NCBI RefSeq assembly: GCF_001194135.2
Contig: NC_068983.1
Span: 107,435,128 to 107,499,127 of the forward strand
DNA length: 64,000 nt
Direction of reading: 5' to 3'
DNA from: Octopus bimaculoides
Taxonomy: Eukaryota
The notes beneath the pieces are model-generated. The model was not told the origin of the DNA and made no database searches. It was given only the letters and a program-made list of their open reading frames with translations. Both the position numbers and the translations under genes were made by a program. The first letter of the stretch is position 1. Each line of letters starts with the position of its first letter. This document shows positions 59,867 through 64,000 of this stretch, piece after piece.

Positions 59867-61185
59867 TTAACTTCCAGCTGTGCCACCATCTTGTGGGCTC
59901 CAAAAGGCTAGCAGAAACCTCCTGAAATGTAAACATGGCCCGAAAATCTCCATTCTGGAGTTAAGGATGTTCCCTGGTTTGAGTGAGTCTTTTTTGATTT
60001 TTGCGCATTCAGCTATGCATAACTTGCAATGCTTTGTCCTGTTGATGCAGAGGCCTCGGTTCTCAAGGATTTTCCATGAGATTGAGTATGGAATCCCATC
60101 ATCTCTTCGTTGCCAGACGTGGCTGGCCAGTGATGTTATGTATCTCCTTTCCAGAACTCTGAAATAGAACCTGTGGTTGAAGAGATGTTGCTTAAAAGAG
60201 TTCCCAGAACATCCAACATATCTCTGTGGGTGTGTGTTGTCGGTGCTGTATCTGCTGGTGTTGTTTTTGTTGTTGTTGTTGTTGTTGCTGCCACTGCCAT
60301 CGTTGTTGTTGGATCTGGAATTGCTGGAGGTGGTGGTAGCGTTGGTAATGGTATCGCCATTGCCAGTTATGGTGCAGGTGCTGTTGTTATTGTGGTCCTC
60401 ATCATTGGTGGGAGAGTTGCCATTGCTGCTAGAGGTGTCATTAGCTGTGGTTCTGCTGGTGTTCCTGCTAGGGCCACTGTTGCTGCTGCTGCTGTTGCCA
60501 TTATTGTTGGCAGTGGCACTGGACCTGTTGCTGCTGCTCTAGGGGTTGTCAGGCCTGCTAATGTGGACGTTAGGGAAGCTATTGGCAATGCTGCTGCTGA
60601 TGGCGATGTTGCTATTGTTGTTACTACTGTTGATGCCGTCGGGGGAACTGCCAATGCTGTCACTGGTGCTGTTATTGTTGCCAATGTTGTAAACTGTGGC
60701 GACGGTGGTGGTGTTACTGATTCTGTTCTCCTATCTAGAGTTGCTAATGCTTCTACCAGTGGTATTGCCAGTGTTTGCTAGTACTTTGGCTTCATAGATG
60801 ACCGTTTGGTTTTACAATGGCCTCCCACCGGGCATCTGTTGCAGTCCCTGCATGAACATCTTGCCTCTTCCCCTGGCCCAGGGGTGCTAACTAGGATGCT
60901 CTTAATATTAGGGGTGCAGTGAAATGAAATTCTAACGTTGTGCCTGTTGAAAATGGGCCTGTATATATGGGAGCTAGAGAAATGCTTATCTATTAATTTA
61001 AAGACTATTCTACCCACAGGCGTTTTTGTGTTTAGAAAGAAGGTGTGTGTGTGTGTAGGGGAAACCAAATAGTATTTCTGCAGCGCTTCCTTCTGTAGTT
61101 GTTAGCTTCTGGCATGTAGGAAATGCAGTCCCTAAATCTGCTGGCAGCCAGGGATATATATGTTTATGTACATGGAACCTGTTGC
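59867..61185 (-). mobile_element. Penelope-like retroelement, C-terminal half of ORF (thumb/linker, Zn-binding CCC segment, GIY-YIG endonuclease), pseudogenised
   Basis: Manual minus-strand translation gives RRKRCRNTIWF, then (frameshift) TPVGRIVFKLIDKHFSSSHIYRPIFNRHNVRISFHCTPNIKSIL..RCSCRDCNRCPVGGHCKTK, then (frameshift) VIYEAKV [186-codon insert] RYVGCSGNSFKQHLFNH..TSLASHVWQRRDDGIPYSISW, then (frameshift) ILENRGLCINRTKHCKLCIAECAKI..LNSRMEIFGPCLHFRRF, stop at 59867-59869. These match in order the recalled PLE motifs RNIIWFNPP, KLIDKHF, IFNRN.VK.SYSC, CNCR...CPL.G.C, IY.A.V, YIG...FK.R..NH, LSK.IW.LK, C.LC..EK and LN.RSE...C.H. Confidence 0.9.
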
Positions 61186-61189
61186 CACA

Positions 61190-61790
61190 CAGATGTTTCA
61201 AACACAAGGTAATGCTCTGCATCTGGTGGAATTATGACAGGATAATTCACTATGAGTTTGCTCCAGGTTGTCGAACCATCGATGCCAACCTGTACTTTAA
61301 ACAACTGGAGTGAAAGTATGTCACTGTGTGGCAAAATTACCCTGCATAGGTTAACAGAAAGTGAGCTCTTGTGGAGCAAAACAATACAAGACTGTATACC
61401 ACTCAAAAAAAAATCTGGAATAAACTCCAGAACCTTGAAGCAATCAAACTGATGCTACAACCAGCATACAGTCTGGATCTGGCTCTTTCAGATTGTTACT
61501 TGTTGGAACAAGTAACAAGTAACAGAAATAAATGGCTTATTTTCTGTACTCAGGGTGCTTTATCAAACAAGAGGAGGTGGAAGTTTCAGTGAAGGAGTTC
61601 TTCAGGAGTTCTTGCCTCGAAGGACAAGAACTCGTATCAGCATGGGATCAAAGAACTGGCAGAAAAATGGCTTCAGAAGGTGCAACACGACGGCCTCAAC
61701 TCTGAATGCTAGGTTGCTTTTGTCGAAACTAGATCAATAAAGCAAATAAAATACCCAAATATTGCAAAACTTTTGACTCAGCACAATATA
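61190..61790 (+). mobile_element. Mariner transposon, 3' half, abutting and truncating the Penelope element
   Basis: KVMLCIWWNYDRIIHYEFAP..TIDANLYFKQL, QNNTRLYT and QPAYSLDLALSDCYL (the HPPYSPDLAPSD motif); TIR-like end ATTGCAAAACTTTTGACTCAGCACAATA. Confidence 0.85.
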
Positions 61791-61798
61791 TCTATCTA

Positions 61799-61828
<30 letters not shown>

Positions 61829-61829
<1 letters not shown>

Positions 61830-62230
61830 TCTTTTTACTCTTTTATTTGTTTCAGTCATTTGACTGCGGCCATGCTGGAGCACCACCTTTAGTCGAGCAA
61901 ATCGACCCCGGGACTTATTCTTTGTAAGCCTAGTACTTATTCTATCGGTCTCTTTTGCCGAACCACTAAGTGACAGGGACATAAACACACCAGCATCAGT
62001 TGTCAAGCAATGCTAGGGGGACAAACACAGACACACAAACACACATATACACATATATATATATATATATATATATATGACGGGCTTCTTTCCGTTTCCG
62101 TCTACCAAATCGACTCAAGGCTTTGGTCGGCCCCAGGCTATAATAGAAGACACTTGCCCAAGGTGCCACGCAGTGGTACTGAACCCAGAACCATGTGGTT
62201 GGTAAGCAAGCTACTTACCACACAGCCACA
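61829..62230 (-). mobile_element. SINE family A, full length
   Basis: Near-consensus head and core. Confidence 0.9.
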
Positions 62231-62234
62231 TGCA

Positions 62235-62265
<31 letters not shown>

Positions 62266-64000
62266 GTGTGTGTTTGGGTGCATATATATACTAAATACAT
62301 AGATAAACATATATACACACATAAATATAGGTATGTATGTATATGCATATACATATACAAAGGCTCAACATTCTACATTCAGAAAAATACACACATACAT
62401 ACTCACACATACATACACACACTCACACAGGTACATGTATTTGTATGTGTGTGTGCTTGTGCATATGGGTATAGGTGTGTCCAAATGTAACACAATATGG
62501 TCGAGATTTATCTATTGATTATAATGCTGAAATTAATATGCTTGCACCCTAATGTCTTATCAGTTTGCATTTAATCAGCAAATGGATTGTTAATTGTGTA
62601 ATAGGTATGAGTGAAGTGCAATGTTGCAATAATAATAAGTGAAACGTATGAGACGTTGGCAACTGACCGTTGTTATGGATGAGTTGATAAAACATCTGGT
62701 AAAAACCCCTTTGGAAATAGTATAAGTGAACACTTGGCAGTAATTAATTTGCGCAGATATGGAAATCTCAAATCACTGGAATAGAGTTGACTGCACAGCA
62801 ACTTGATTACAAATTAATTGATTTCAACTTTTGAGTGACAAGTATGATTAGGCATATAACCTAGCAAAATATCTAGTTTCATATTCCTTGCGATGTATAT
62901 TATCTATGCACCTGCATTTACTACATTTACATCGTAAAGGTAAATGGTATATTTTATGAAACTGTTTCACTTTTAAGCACATTAATGCCATTACTATGCT
63001 CAGTCATCATATTACTTGAAATCATAGTTGATTTAAATTGTTGTTTCCATGCTTGAACAGATTACACTGCATACATTTATTCTGTTTGACATTATGTGTG
63101 TAAAATACTAATTATGAAAAGTGTCAGTTTAGCACAAAATAGTTTTGTGCACCAAATATATGTACAAAAAAATGGCAGGTGGTAGATCCAACTTCAGAAA
63201 ACAAATACCAAAAGTATAAAAACAAAAAAAACTGAAAAAGAATATTGTACTAATTAACATGAGGAAACTAGAGTTGGTTTAATATTCAAGTGTTCATTTT
63301 TCTACTAATGTTTCACTCAGAAATATTTGCTAATTCAGAATTAGAATTGCAGCTTCTCTTTTATGGAAACAGTCACCTGTTTCCATAGAAAAGAACTAGC
63401 GAGGTGATATGTCAAATAAAAATATTGTTACCAGACAATACTCTGTTTGTCAGTCCGTGCTTTAACATAATAAGACACCAAAAAAAAGTGCGAACAAAAA
63501 GAAAGTACATTGCCAGAATTTTGAACAGATGAATTGAGAACCATTCAAAATTAAGCTGAGGATGGAAGTCATCTGTAAGGGGTGAGGAGGTAGATACTCA
63601 TTCAAGATTACTTAAATTGATATTGTTTGAACTAAGAAATGGCATAAGATGTGGTTTTAAAATGTCATACTATTTTAAATTGAAAATGGAAATGAAATGT
63701 CAAAGTATCTTAAATTTAAAATGTTAATTTTATTTGTAGTCTTTTTAGTGATGTTAAATTCTTTGTGATTAACCCTTTCAAGTCTAAAGCTGATTTCTCT
63801 CTTCATACTACTCATATTATATAAAACACTTCTAAGTGCAAGTCTTGTTATCATCATGTTATCATCTTTCTAACAGGAGTTATTAAGAACTCAAAAAGAA
63901 AGATATGATATGGATCTATTTATTCTGAAGTGATTTTAATGTAAATGCAATAACCATGTGTTGCTCTAGACAACAAAATGGGAAATAAAGTAATACTTTA

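Noticed and set aside
62878-62946. Possible 63-nt plus-strand exon ending AAAG|GTAAAT, and an acceptor at about 63877
   Set aside because: Weak acceptor or early stops, and no recognisable peptide; chance signals are common in AT-rich DNA.

Overview
AT-rich, repeat-dense animal genomic DNA with 13 N-gaps (2123-2952, 11533-12342, 12844-12853, 15237-15246, 21593-21816, 28890-29774, 30627-31622, 32192-33091, 34312-34321, 35153-35370, 45002-45345, 46293-46418, 58611-59291). The tRNA-derived SINEs and the very high AT/AC/ATC microsatellite load resemble an Octopus (coleoid cephalopod) draft assembly; this is inference from recalled SINE consensus sequences, not a database match. No intact protein-coding gene is present, and nearly all ORF-track entries are microsatellite or gap artefacts. 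The host signal is limited to the probable 5' end of a minus-strand gene (two non-coding exons plus a first coding exon with a hydrophobic segment, 5979-8616) and a possible 30-nt plus-strand microexon (49469-49498). The rest is decayed mobile DNA: SINEs, RTE LINEs, a HERO-like LINE, several Penelope-like elements (PLEs), Tc1/mariner, hAT, piggyBac-like MITEs, Helitron-like elements and foldbacks. The most unusual object is a minus-strand PLE at about 59620-61185. Its GIY-YIG endonuclease motif is split by an in-frame 186-codon Asn/Ser/Thr-rich insertion, and a recognisable type I hammerhead ribozyme lies 100 nt after the stop codon. Two further decayed hammerhead-like motifs lie elsewhere with no ORF nearby. 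Repeat boundaries are read by eye and approximate unless terminal repeats or splice sites are quoted.
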